Shown here piece after piece: positions 28,522 through 38,962 of a DNA stretch of 60,569 nt. A program made the position numbers and the translations under genes. The notes below the pieces were generated by a model, which saw nothing but the letters and a program-made list of their open reading frames with translations, had not been told where the DNA came from and made no database searches. Each line of letters starts with the position of its first letter. Positions within the stretch are counted from its first letter, which is position 1. This DNA comes from Fidelibacterota bacterium (GTDB taxonomy: Bacteria > Fidelibacterota > Marinisomatia > Marinisomatales > TCS55). The stretch covers positions 1-60,569 of the forward strand of contig JBHHTW010000011.1 in NCBI GenBank assembly GCA_046861385.1, in the 5' to 3' direction.

Positions 28522-30419
28522 CCCGTTCGTTCGACCTTAAACAAAATATAATCCTTAAAAGATAAGTGCAATTCACCTCCTCCTTCTAACGGATAAATCC
28601 ATAATTGAATGGAGGATCTGGTGTTATCGATCTTTTTGATAATATCATCAGGTGAACCAAGAAGTGATTGAATATCCGGTACTGTCATACCCACAGAAAT
28701 GGGCGGATTTGACTTGGTGTCAATAGAACGAATCCGAACATCCTCCATTCTGGCGTCAATCCGATTATACATTTCCCGCTCTTGATCCACTTCAAATTTT
28801 TCCATTAAAACAGCTAATACTTTTTCATTTTTTTCACCAAGCCCACCGGTCATTTCACTTGCATCTTTCAACAATTGAATCGCCGATCTCAATTCACTAT
28901 GGGACGTGATCGTATTGGCGAGTTTGACCAAATGGGTCGCCACTTGATAACGCAAAGTATTTACTTCAAATTCCACCGATTTATCTTTTGCTATTGCTTG
29001 ATTTAATAACTCTAATGATTTCCTGAAAAATCCATACTTCAGGGCTTTTTCTGATTCTTGTATGAATTTTTTTGCTTCAAAATAGGGTATTTTATTTTTT
29101 GCTTCTTGTGAGAAATGAGCGATATTTTCCATCAATCGAATTGCCTCAACATTTTTCCCAATTGAGGACAATTTTTCTGCTTTTTCAATTTCAAGTATTG
29201 CCAGATGATTCAGTTTCTCATTAATCATGATTTTTGTTTCTTTATTGGCTCTTTTTCTGGCTTCAAGAAATCTGTCAATTCCTTTTTTCATCATTCCCTT
29301 GTTCTCAAATTCAACACCTTCCTTGTAAAGTTGAATCGGAATTTGTTCCCTGCATTCAGCGATATACTTCTCTGCTCGGACTCGATTGGAATGATTCGGA
29401 TAATTTTCTAAAAATGTTTTAAAATGCTTATTAGCGGTAATATAATCCCCGCGATAAAAATAGTCCTTTGCCTTATCACCTGATGTGAGTGATCCGCCGT
29501 ACAACACAGAAAAAGTCAGATGAATTCCGAAGTCCTGTAGTCGGATTTTCTTTATGGGCGTCACGTTGTCCGGATCGTTTATTGTATTTAACTTGGTGTA
29601 TGCATATCGAAGATCGAGGCCCACAGAAAAACGATTTTGAATTTTCTGACCCGACCCGCTTCCACCGAGAAAATTCCCAATATTGATAATAAATCTGGGG
29701 CCTGCTGAAACGGACATGGTGGGTCCGAATCCCGTTGGTGTCGTCATTAATTGATCTTTATTATCCATATAAAATTTGGCTGTTGAAATACCATAAGTAA
29801 ATCGTGTATCAATATACCATAATTCAAACCACTGAAACATGGTGGTATGGCTGATCCCAAACGTCAATATCCTCGGAGCAAATCGAATATTCCCAATATC
29901 CCAGCTTGGATTAATGCTCCCCCATGACGATATTTTATCAATTTTCCCAGGTATGAGTAAGTTGCTGTATCGAAAATTCAATCCTGTCTGCATATCCAGC
30001 CAACTCGCATTAAGAAAATAATAGAACAAATTGGTTTTGATAAAATCAATATCTAATTGATGACCCAATCTTGCGGTAAATGATCCACCGGTAAAATTGG
30101 ATACAGATTCATCATATTTTATCCAATCAGATTTTATATTCTTGCCTTCAGTTCCACCGCCTCCTAAAAAAAATGCTCCATAGCGAATTTCTACCGGAGC
30201 AAACGTCAGAGGCGCATGAAATTCACGCCGGTGCAATGCCTGGTCTACCCAATAACCTGTCTCATGCTTGATACCTTGACTTGGCTTAAATTGAATCAGT
30301 CCCCAAAGATAGGATTTGACTTCATCTGGCGGAGAACCAAATAGGGTCCCAAGAAACAATAATGGGAATATGTATGTATTTAACCTCGGATGCATACCTA
30401 TGCAAAATACTGAATGCAT
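28518..30419 (-). CDS. Hypothetical exported protein: beta-rich N-terminal half, TPR-like middle, SmpA/BamE-like C-terminus (start may be 30395)
   Basis: Hydrophobic N-terminus, alternating beta-strand patterns (FSVGLDLRYAY, FGIHLTFSVLY), FKTFLENYPN helix pair, and GMT...LLGSPD...WIY at the end. Confidence 0.65.
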   Translation of the reverse strand: MHSVFCIGMHPRLNTYIFPLLFLGTLFGSPPDEVKSYLWGLIQFKPSQGIKHETGYWVDQALHRREFHAPLTFAPVEIRYGAFFLGGGGTEGKNIKSDWIKYDESVSNFTGGSFTARLGHQLDIDFIKTNLFYYFLNASWLDMQTGLNFRYSNLLIPGKIDKISSWGSINPSWDIGNIRFAPRILTFGISHTTMFQWFELWYIDTRFTYGISTAKFYMDNKDQLMTTPTGFGPTMSVSAGPRFIINIGNFLGGSGSGQKIQNRFSVGLDLRYAYTKLNTINDPDNVTPIKKIRLQDFGIHLTFSVLYGGSLTSGDKAKDYFYRGDYITANKHFKTFLENYPNHSNRVRAEKYIAECREQIPIQLYKEGVEFENKGMMKKGIDRFLEARKRANKETKIMINEKLNHLAILEIEKAEKLSSIGKNVEAIRLMENIAHFSQEAKNKIPYFEAKKFIQESEKALKYGFFRKSLELLNQAIAKDKSVEFEVNTLRYQVATHLVKLANTITSHSELRSAIQLLKDASEMTGGLGEKNEKVLAVLMEKFEVDQEREMYNRIDARMEDVRIRSIDTKSNPPISVGMTVPDIQSLLGSPDDIIKKIDNTRSSIQLWIYPLEGGGELHLSFKDYILFKVERTG

Positions 30420-30737
30420 AGATTTTGAGCAAGTATCTTGTTGCGGGTGGTTTATCTGTTCTATGTGACTGCTGAATTATAAAAACAGGTCAATGATAAC
30501 CCTCTGTGAACATTCAATCCTTGATCAGAAGTGAATTTCATGCTTACAGATATCGGAATCGTACTTGGATTTTCAACAGAGAATAAAAATTAGTAAAATG
30601 TATTTTTCCCTACCTATAATTAAATCAAAATAAATTTAATAAGATTCCCATCAAGTTCAGTAGTAGAAAAAAGGAATGTGTAAATTTACCATTCGAATTA
30701 CGGAACTATTTTAAGGACAGAATATTCCAAAACTAAA

Positions 30738-31385
30738 ATGAAGATAAAAAGTTTATACCTATTATTATTCTTATTCGCTTTTGTTTTTGGACAGGAGTTC
30801 ACCATTGCTCGCCTTCATTATAGCGGCGGGGGTGACTGGTACAGCGATCCCAGCAGCATTCCTAACCTGCTTAATTATATGCAGACACACACAGCCATAA
30901 AATCCACTGACAAAGAAGCGAGAGTGAAATTAACCGACGAAGATTTATACTCATTCCCCTATTTATATATGACCGGCCACGGCAATGTACGATTTGATGA
31001 AAAGGAAATAATCCGTTTGAGGACATTTCTTAAACGCGGGGGATTTTTACACGCTGATGATAATTATGGTATGGATCAATCGTTCAGAAGAGAGATGAAA
31101 CGGGTGTTTCCAAATAAAGAATTTGTGGAATTACCATTTGATCATCCTGTATTTCACCAGGTATACGACTTTCCGAAAGGTCTGCCTAAAGTTCATGAGC
31201 ATGACAACAAACCGCCACAGGCTCTGGCATTATTTGAAGGGAGTCGAATGATAGTCCTATATACTTATGAATGTGATTTAGGAGATGGATGGGAAGATAA
31301 TGAGGTTCATAATGACCCTGAATTTATTCGAGATGCAGCTTTGCAAATGGGTGTTAATATTATTCACTTTGCATTAACACAATAA
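30738..31385 (+). CDS. DUF4159 domain protein, secreted
   Basis: IARLHYSGGGDWY, PYLYMTGHG, GGFLHADD, LPKVHEHD and DLGDGWE. Confidence 0.88.
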   Translation: MKIKSLYLLLFLFAFVFGQEFTIARLHYSGGGDWYSDPSSIPNLLNYMQTHTAIKSTDKEARVKLTDEDLYSFPYLYMTGHGNVRFDEKEIIRLRTFLKRGGFLHADDNYGMDQSFRREMKRVFPNKEFVELPFDHPVFHQVYDFPKGLPKVHEHDNKPPQALALFEGSRMIVLYTYECDLGDGWEDNEVHNDPEFIRDAALQMGVNIIHFALTQ

Positions 31386-31419
31386 TGTTGTCAAAGAATG
31401 GGTAAAAGATCATAATTAA

Positions 31420-34400
31420 ATGAACTCCATTGAAAAACAGTTAAACAGACTTTTAAGGATATTCCTTCTGAGAGACGCACAAACGACGGCATGGATTATT
31501 TATTCCTTATTACTGACTATAATATTTATAGCAATAAGTGTAGAAAGTATATTTTATTTTTCACCTACTATCCGCTTTGGTGCTTTGAAATTAGGTTTTA
31601 TTTTGTTTAGCATATTTATTTTTTCGTCCATTATATATCTCCTTCTTGCATTCAATAATCGAATAAACAGATACCGCAAATCAACTTTAGCCAGAGTTGC
31701 CGGGCAAATTGCTTTTCCTAAAGAGGATACAATTATTAATGCCCTTCAACTGGAACGAACATTGGCCTCCAGTACATCCCGGGAACTGAGTCAATCCTTT
31801 GTAGATGAAACATCTCAAAAACTTGAACGAATCAACGAATCTGATTTATTTACATCCAAAAGAGGCACAAGATGGAAAATCGTTTCTTTGGTTATTTTAA
31901 TCATAGGGTGTCTTGTCTTTTCATTAAACTGGCAAAACAATGCTTTGTCCGTCTATCGCTGGTTTCATCCAACAATTGAATTTTCAGTCCCAAAACCATT
32001 CATAATTCATTCTGAAACCGGGAATATTAATTTATTGGGAAGCGAATCGGCGAATTTGTTATTCTCAGTCACCGGAGATGCTCCTGACTCTCTATTTATC
32101 GAGCTTAAATCCTATACTAAACAAGACTCTACTAAACCCATCCCGGTGGCTAAAAAGAATAGTAATGGATTTTATCAATATCATTTAGAGGATATTTCAG
32201 AAAATTATATGTATCGTTCCTATGTAACATCTACATCATTTTGGGAGCCTTGGGGAGAAATATCCTCTGAAATGCATACTATCTCCGTAACGGACCGACC
32301 GGTAATGGAGGATTTAACAATCACAGTTACTTCTCCGGATTATGCAAAATTAGATCCGGTCGTCCAAAAAGGAAATCAAGCCAATATTAGTGGTTTATTG
32401 GGCTCAACCATCGAAATTAAACTTCGCAGTAATAGGCCTCTGAAAAAGGGGAATCTGTTATTAGATGATTCTGAAATTCCCATGAAAATCAACGGAAAAC
32501 GAGCTGTTGGAGAATTTACAATCGAACAGGATAGTCAATTATCCATCCAACTGCTTGATATTCGCGGAATTTCAAACCGAAATCCTATTCCTTTCCAGAT
32601 TTCAGTCATAAAAGATTTTTATCCTGATATTACGGTACTTAGGCCTGAAAGGTCTTTTGAGCTTGGAGGTGATCAATCGGTATTATTACACGTTCAAATC
32701 GAAGATGATTTTGGATTTTCCAACCTTCAGGTTGCTTATGAAATACATCGTCCAGTTTATATTAATATCGATCCGCTGATGTCTCTGTTCACTATTCCTA
32801 TTCAGGACCCTCAAAATATTAGTCAGGATATTATTTATTCCTGGCAATTAGGTGAATTCGGTTTAATGCCGGAAGATGAGGTGCATTTCCATTTTGAGTT
32901 GTCTGATAATGATGATGTATCCGGTCCCAAGAAAAAAGTGACCGAAGATTTCATTGCCCGAATACCCGGATTAGCAGAATTATTCACATCGTTCGAGAAT
33001 AAAGAAACAAATATTTTAAATGACGTCTTTGAAACTCAGGAAGAATTGGAATCTATTCGTGAAAATCTTGATCAATTAAATTTGGATATTTTAAAACAAG
33101 ATCAGCTGACTTGGGATCAGCACCAAGACCTGCAGAAAATGCTTGAAGGAATACAAGAAGAAATTCAGAAAACTAAAGACCTCAAAGAAACAATCGATGC
33201 TTTACAGGAAATCGGAGAAAAACACGGATTATTCTCATCTGACCTCATGGAAAAATTCAGTCGTTTACAGGAATTAGTGGATGAAATATTATCCAACGAC
33301 CTTATGGAAAATCTACTTGATTTAGAAAAGCTGATGTCAGAAATGGATACACAAAAACTCCAGGAATCACTGGAATCATTAACAGATAATATGAGCCAAA
33401 TCGAACAGCAATTGGATCGTTTTATCGATATTTTCGAACGGTTAAAAGCTGAGCAAAAAATGGATGAATTGCGTACCCGCATAGAAAGTTTGGCAGACCA
33501 ACAAGAACAAATTCACAACCGAATCGAACAGGTGCAAGAATCAGATGATTCATCTAATTTTCCAAGGTTAAGCGAAGAACAGCAGCGGCAGGTTGAGGAG
33601 TTTTCCAATATTCGGAACGAGATGGAGGAAACTGCGGAAGCTGTAGAAAAGTTTCATCAGAAATCTTCTGATTTGCTTCAAGAGTTAAAAAATAACCCAT
33701 TAATGAATCAAACTTATGCTGACCTCCAGCGGACTGTAAATCAATTGCGCCGACAAAATGCAGACACGGCCCTGAAACACAGCTCTCAATCGTTGGAGAA
33801 TCTTGAAAAATTGCTATCAGAAATGGAGAATATTCAAAAAGGTTTTCAATCTGCGACCACTCGGGAAATGGCAGAAAAATTTCAACAAACGATGAGAGAT
33901 GTGCTAAACTTATCCAAGTCCCAGGAACATTTGCAAACCGAAACAAATTCCCTGTCAAGAAACTCTCCCAGACTTGGTGGATTGGCAAACCAACAGCAAA
34001 TGAATCAGGATCAACTAAGACAAATAATGGAACAGTTGATGAATTTATCTCGAGAGACCTTCGCTGTTACACCTGAAATGGGGCAGGCAATCGGAATGGC
34101 TAACGCAATGATGGAAGAAGCAAAAAATGCTTTGGCTCAACAAAATGGAAGCGGTGCCGCGCAGTTTCAAAATGATGCTATGTCATCATTGAACGAAGCT
34201 GCTTTAGCGATTCATCAATCAATGAAAGCCATGAGATCTTCCGGTTCCGCAGGCGGTTATGAGCAATTTCTGGAACAAATGCAGAAAATGGCCGGACAGC
34301 AGCAGGGAATTAATAACCAAAGTATGCAATTGGCTTTGGGACAAATGGCAGCGGCGGCTCAAGAAGGATTATTGCAGAGATTGCTCCAAGAACAAAGACA

Positions 34401-34833
34401 AGTCAGAAAATCTCTTCAGGAATTAATGAGTGAATCAAAACAAACCGGCGGAAAAGGTTTGGGTGATATGGGTGGTATAGCAAAAGAAATGGATGATGTC
34501 CTGAAAGACTTACAGCGCCGAAAAGTAACCCCTAAAACGATTGAGCGTCAGCAGCGTATTTTATCCCGGATGCTCGACAGTCAAAAATCCATGACCCAAA
34601 GAGGTGAAAAAGAGAAACGAAAAAGTGAAACAGGGACTGAAATTATTACAGCAGGACCCGGCGGTCTTCCTACAGATATGGGGCAAAGAAGAAGTTTAGC
34701 GTTGGATGCGCTGGATCGTGCTTTAAAATCCGGCTATCCACGGGATTATCAAATAATGATCCGCCGGTATTTTAATTCCATCAGTGAGAATGAAGCGTTT
34801 CTTTTAAAAGGAGATTCCACAATTGCGAATTAA
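31420..34833 (+). CDS. DUF4175-like membrane-anchored protein (3 TM, Ig-like domains, long Q/E-rich coiled coil)
   Basis: N-terminal TMs, DDFGFS...LMPEDEV...DND..SGPK, coiled coil, and C-terminal RQQRILSRML...YP..Y...IRRYF. Confidence 0.75.
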   Translation: MNSIEKQLNRLLRIFLLRDAQTTAWIIYSLLLTIIFIAISVESIFYFSPTIRFGALKLGFILFSIFIFSSIIYLLLAFNNRINRYRKSTLARVAGQIAFPKEDTIINALQLERTLASSTSRELSQSFVDETSQKLERINESDLFTSKRGTRWKIVSLVILIIGCLVFSLNWQNNALSVYRWFHPTIEFSVPKPFIIHSETGNINLLGSESANLLFSVTGDAPDSLFIELKSYTKQDSTKPIPVAKKNSNGFYQYHLEDISENYMYRSYVTSTSFWEPWGEISSEMHTISVTDRPVMEDLTITVTSPDYAKLDPVVQKGNQANISGLLGSTIEIKLRSNRPLKKGNLLLDDSEIPMKINGKRAVGEFTIEQDSQLSIQLLDIRGISNRNPIPFQISVIKDFYPDITVLRPERSFELGGDQSVLLHVQIEDDFGFSNLQVAYEIHRPVYINIDPLMSLFTIPIQDPQNISQDIIYSWQLGEFGLMPEDEVHFHFELSDNDDVSGPKKKVTEDFIARIPGLAELFTSFENKETNILNDVFETQEELESIRENLDQLNLDILKQDQLTWDQHQDLQKMLEGIQEEIQKTKDLKETIDALQEIGEKHGLFSSDLMEKFSRLQELVDEILSNDLMENLLDLEKLMSEMDTQKLQESLESLTDNMSQIEQQLDRFIDIFERLKAEQKMDELRTRIESLADQQEQIHNRIEQVQESDDSSNFPRLSEEQQRQVEEFSNIRNEMEETAEAVEKFHQKSSDLLQELKNNPLMNQTYADLQRTVNQLRRQNADTALKHSSQSLENLEKLLSEMENIQKGFQSATTREMAEKFQQTMRDVLNLSKSQEHLQTETNSLSRNSPRLGGLANQQQMNQDQLRQIMEQLMNLSRETFAVTPEMGQAIGMANAMMEEAKNALAQQNGSGAAQFQNDAMSSLNEAALAIHQSMKAMRSSGSAGGYEQFLEQMQKMAGQQQGINNQSMQLALGQMAAAAQEGLLQRLLQEQRQVRKSLQELMSESKQTGGKGLGDMGGIAKEMDDVLKDLQRRKVTPKTIERQQRILSRMLDSQKSMTQRGEKEKRKSETGTEIITAGPGGLPTDMGQRRSLALDALDRALKSGYPRDYQIMIRRYFNSISENEAFLLKGDSTIAN

Positions 34834-36721
34834 ATATTATACAATATTGTTATTAATCAGTATCAATTTTTCCCAAGTTATCCTTCCTTCCATTGGTCGT
34901 GGAGCTTTACAAAATGCGCTTTTGATGGAACGGAAGGGTGATATTGAAGAAGCGAAAAATGTATATATAACGATTCTGGAGTTAAAACCCAAAAACCGTC
35001 AAGCTTATACACAATTAAAAAATATTTATAAACGACTCGGAGATTATACACCTGCGATTGAATTAATCAATAATTGGCTCCTGCATTCCCCGCATGATCT
35101 TCAACAGCGTGTTGAACTCGGGGAACTATATTATATTAACGGGCAGGAAAATGAAGCCACAGAAATCTGGAAACAGTTTATTATTCAACATGGTCAAAAT
35201 CCCAGTACGTATAGGATGCTAATACATACATATAGCAGAATGGGGCTTTCTGATAAAATGCTGGAAACTGTTCTCATGGCACGTGAACGATTTAATGATC
35301 GAGCTTTTATGTCCTTAGATTTGGGTAATTATTATCAATCACGGCAACGTGTTGATAAAGCTGTTTCAGAGTTATTAATCTATCTTGAAACCAACCCAAA
35401 ACAATTTAAAATGGTCAATAAAAAAATATTAATGATGTGTGATGATAAAGAAAATGTGAATATTATTGAACACCATTTAAATAATTATATGGATAATTCA
35501 CCTGCAATTGTTCATAACCTCCTTTCATCTCTTTATTTTAAAACAGGTCGCTATCGTCAGTCACTAGATCATCAATTTCTGATTAATGATAGCATGGATA
35601 TGCGTTTGGATCGTTTGATTTATTTTGCAAATAGCCTCCGAAAAGAACGTCAATTTGATCTTGCCGTGTTAACGTATCAGACCATTCTTACTGATTTGCG
35701 CAGTTCACCAATTTTTGTTGATTCAAAAAAACTGGGAAATGTTTTGCTTGGGTTGGGGCATGTTTACGAGGATCAAATACAACCTCACATTTTCAATAAT
35801 TCACTGATTTTGAGTGAGATTAATAATGCATTTTTTAATAGTCAGTTTAATTTGAAAACAACCATTTCTACTGAGTCCCTCGAGCAGGCCTTAGGCATGT
35901 ATAACACCATATTGATCGATTTACAATCAACGACATTTTCACCCCAAGCCCATTTTCGCCTTGGTGAGATTCAGTTTAAAATTCTGCAGGATATCGATGG
36001 CGCCCGCGATGCTTATACGACTGCCCTATCTATGAATCCAAATCAAAACCTGGCATTCAAAATTCATTCGAGTCTGATGGATATTCTGATTGCTGAGGGG
36101 AAAATAGAGGAAGGCAAAGTCTATCTTCAAAATTTACCGATATCATTGAAAAACAAATACAAAAATGAGATTGCAGTAAAGTTCATCCAAATGGGTCTTT
36201 ATTCTGGAGAAATAGATTCAACATTAGCAATATTGGATAACATGTTGTCAAATATGACCCCCACTGATAATCAATTCAATGATTTTATGGAATTACAATC
36301 TATCATTAATAGTCATTATACCGATGTGGATGCAAATAGTAGACATGCTTTTCAGCAATATTTATTTGGTGAATTGTTATTGAAACAAAACAACCTTTCT
36401 GAAGCAGCATCGATTTTTTCAGCCATTCGGAAAAACCAAAATTTTGTAACTATATCTGGAATAGCATCTACCAGAGAAATAGTAACGCAATTGCAATTGA
36501 ATCAATTTGATGAAGCTATGAAGAGTCTTAATTGGCTTATACATTCGGAGACGGGAGACAAAGGGCTTGTGTTGGCGGGAGAAATATTTCAGTACATCCG
36601 TAATGATCAACAAAAGGCCTTAGATTATTATGAACAATTTCTGCAAAAATATCCACATTCATTTTTATATGAGCCCGTTCGACAACGGGTACGACTAATA
36701 AAGTCTGAATTGGAGAGTTAA
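34823..36721 (+). CDS. Exported tetratricopeptide-repeat protein
   Basis: Signal peptide, repeated TPR helices (AHFRLGEIQ...A..AY), and a C-terminal YEQFLQKYPHS..YEPVRQR. Confidence 0.8.
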   Translation: MRIKYYTILLLISINFSQVILPSIGRGALQNALLMERKGDIEEAKNVYITILELKPKNRQAYTQLKNIYKRLGDYTPAIELINNWLLHSPHDLQQRVELGELYYINGQENEATEIWKQFIIQHGQNPSTYRMLIHTYSRMGLSDKMLETVLMARERFNDRAFMSLDLGNYYQSRQRVDKAVSELLIYLETNPKQFKMVNKKILMMCDDKENVNIIEHHLNNYMDNSPAIVHNLLSSLYFKTGRYRQSLDHQFLINDSMDMRLDRLIYFANSLRKERQFDLAVLTYQTILTDLRSSPIFVDSKKLGNVLLGLGHVYEDQIQPHIFNNSLILSEINNAFFNSQFNLKTTISTESLEQALGMYNTILIDLQSTTFSPQAHFRLGEIQFKILQDIDGARDAYTTALSMNPNQNLAFKIHSSLMDILIAEGKIEEGKVYLQNLPISLKNKYKNEIAVKFIQMGLYSGEIDSTLAILDNMLSNMTPTDNQFNDFMELQSIINSHYTDVDANSRHAFQQYLFGELLLKQNNLSEAASIFSAIRKNQNFVTISGIASTREIVTQLQLNQFDEAMKSLNWLIHSETGDKGLVLAGEIFQYIRNDQQKALDYYEQFLQKYPHSFLYEPVRQRVRLIKSELES

Positions 36722-37971
36722 TGAAACAAGCAATTATCGTCATTTCATTCATCCATATCCTATTGGGTCAAAAAATCCTGATTCCCATGGACATGGATCA
36801 GCGGGATCATTTAAAAGCATACGGGTTGGCTTTTTGGATTTTAGAAAAAAACATCAATGTGGAATGGCTACTGAATTACAGAGGCGGATCATTCTTGACT
36901 GATACAAATATAGATATTGAAAAAGAGTGCCGTATCCGTGGAATTAATTATGAACTCATCAACGCCGGCGAAGCATTATCGATATATAGCGTGACAGAAC
37001 AAAATAATATGGATGTAGTCCTGCTGGAAAAATCACCGAAAATTGCCATCTATTCTCCTCCCAATAAGCAGCCCTGGGACGATGCGGTTACTCTTGCTCT
37101 AACCTACGCTGAAGTTCCATATGATATTTTATGGGATGATGAAGTTTTCCAAGGTAAACTGGAAGAATACGATTGGCTTCACCTTCATCATGAAGACTTC
37201 ACAGGTCAATATGGCAAGTTCTATCGCAATTATCATTCCGCACCCTGGTACATTCAGCAGCAACGGGAGTTTCAGGCAATGGCCTTAAGAAATGGTTTTC
37301 CAACAGTACATGAAGAGAAAAAAGCGGTGGCACGGTTGATTAAATCCTATGTGGGACAAGGAGGCTTTCTGTTTGCCATGTGCAGCGCAACTGATTCATA
37401 TGACATTGCACTGGCATGCGAAGGTATTGACGCAGCACACACTGTTTTTGATGGATCCCCCATTGATCCTCTTGTTCAGAAGAATCTGGATTTTTCAAAA
37501 ACATTTGCATTTACGAATTTTACAATTATGCCTGACCCAATGGTTTATGAGTTCTCTGATATCGATTATCCTCCAAGCAACAATCCCGTTTTAAGGGGCG
37601 CTAAGGCCGATTATTTTACACTCTTTGAATTCTCAGCTAAATATGACCCTGTACCCACGATGCTAACACAAAACCACGTTCAAGTTATCAAGGGTTTTAT
37701 GGGACAAACCACAGGATATCACCGGGATCGTATTAAATCTCATGTTGTTATCTTGGGTGAGGATCAAACAACGCCTCAAGTCAAATATCTTCACGGCAAT
37801 TTTGGAAATGGATCATTCACATTTTTGGGGGGACATGATCCGGAAGATTACCAGCATTTTGTGGGTGATCCTCCGACCGATCTCTCCCTGCACCGAAACT
37901 CTCCCGGATACAGACTTATATTGAATAATATTCTCTTCCCGGCTGCGCGTAAAAAAGAGAGGAAAACATAA
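36721..37971 (+). CDS. Conserved FCB-group exported protein (often mis-annotated 'asparagine synthetase B'), class I GATase-like
   Basis: LIPMD..Q.DHLKAYG, WLLNYRGGSF, QPWDDAVT, LHLHHEDFTGQYGKF, GGFLFAMCSATD, GGHDPED and PGYRLILNN. Confidence 0.8.
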   Translation: MKQAIIVISFIHILLGQKILIPMDMDQRDHLKAYGLAFWILEKNINVEWLLNYRGGSFLTDTNIDIEKECRIRGINYELINAGEALSIYSVTEQNNMDVVLLEKSPKIAIYSPPNKQPWDDAVTLALTYAEVPYDILWDDEVFQGKLEEYDWLHLHHEDFTGQYGKFYRNYHSAPWYIQQQREFQAMALRNGFPTVHEEKKAVARLIKSYVGQGGFLFAMCSATDSYDIALACEGIDAAHTVFDGSPIDPLVQKNLDFSKTFAFTNFTIMPDPMVYEFSDIDYPPSNNPVLRGAKADYFTLFEFSAKYDPVPTMLTQNHVQVIKGFMGQTTGYHRDRIKSHVVILGEDQTTPQVKYLHGNFGNGSFTFLGGHDPEDYQHFVGDPPTDLSLHRNSPGYRLILNNILFPAARKKERKT

Positions 37972-38010
37972 AGTCAGTTCGAATAGAATCCTTAGGTTTT
38001 CCATAAGAAA

Positions 38011-38961
38011 ATGACTGATATACTTCCAAAATTTTCAGATGTAGAAAAGGCGGTCGTCCGCATCGCCCCATATATTGAAAAAACGTCAGTTTTAACAAGC
38101 TCTGCTATAAATGAAATGGTAGGAACTGAAATATTTTTTAAATGTGAAAATTTCCAGAAAGTAGGTGCATTTAAATTTCGTGGTGCATGTAATGCTGTTT
38201 TTAGACTCACTGACGCTGAAATCAAACTGGGAGTGGCAACCCATTCATCCGGGAATCACGGTGCAGCACTGGCCTTATCAGGTAAATTGCGGGGGATACC
38301 TGTTCATGTGGTGATGCCGGAAAATGCTCCCAAAATAAAAAAACAGGCAGTCATTGGTTATGGAGGAAAAATCACTTTTTGTGAATCCACACTCCCGGCA
38401 AGAGAAGCCACGTTGGATAATGTCATCGCCGAAACAGGTTCGACTATTATCCATCCATATAACGACGAAAATATAATTGCAGGACAGGGAACAGCCGCTT
38501 TGGAGTTCTTGGGAGATTATCCTGAATTAGATACCATCATAACACCGATTGGCGGAGGTGGGCTGATCGCAGGAACATGTGTTGCTGCTAAAGAGATAAA
38601 TCCAAATATTAATATCATTGGTGTAGAACCAATGGGTGCAGACGATGCATATCAATCATTATTAAAAGGAGTGATTGTTCCCCAAAGGAATCCACAAACG
38701 ATTGCAGATGGTTTGCTCACCTCCCTTGGAGACAAAACATTTCCAATTATTCAAAAATACGTTGATAAAATTTTAACCGTCAGTGAAGAATGGATCGTTA
38801 AGGCCATGCGGTTAATTTGGGAAAGGATGAATATTATTGTTGAACCATCTTCTGCAGTCGTTTTAGCGGCATTGTTGGAACATCCTAAAGAGTATGTCGG
38901 AGACCGTATCGGCCTTATTTTAACTGGCGGTAATGCTGACTTGGATCATCTACCTTGGTAG
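38011..38961 (+). CDS. PLP fold-type II serine racemase / serine-threonine dehydratase family enzyme
   Basis: KCENFQKVGAFKFRGA, THSSGNHG, GQGT, PIGGGG, TIADG, VEPSSA and TGGN. Confidence 0.92.
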   Translation: MTDILPKFSDVEKAVVRIAPYIEKTSVLTSSAINEMVGTEIFFKCENFQKVGAFKFRGACNAVFRLTDAEIKLGVATHSSGNHGAALALSGKLRGIPVHVVMPENAPKIKKQAVIGYGGKITFCESTLPAREATLDNVIAETGSTIIHPYNDENIIAGQGTAALEFLGDYPELDTIITPIGGGGLIAGTCVAAKEINPNINIIGVEPMGADDAYQSLLKGVIVPQRNPQTIADGLLTSLGDKTFPIIQKYVDKILTVSEEWIVKAMRLIWERMNIIVEPSSAVVLAALLEHPKEYVGDRIGLILTGGNADLDHLPW

Positions 38962-38962
38962 A

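Noticed and set aside
30396-30582. Possible third, decayed MITE copy (ACCTATGCAAAATACTGAATGCATAGATT)
   Set aside because: It only loosely resembles the left end, with no matching right IR or central hairpin at the expected distance.
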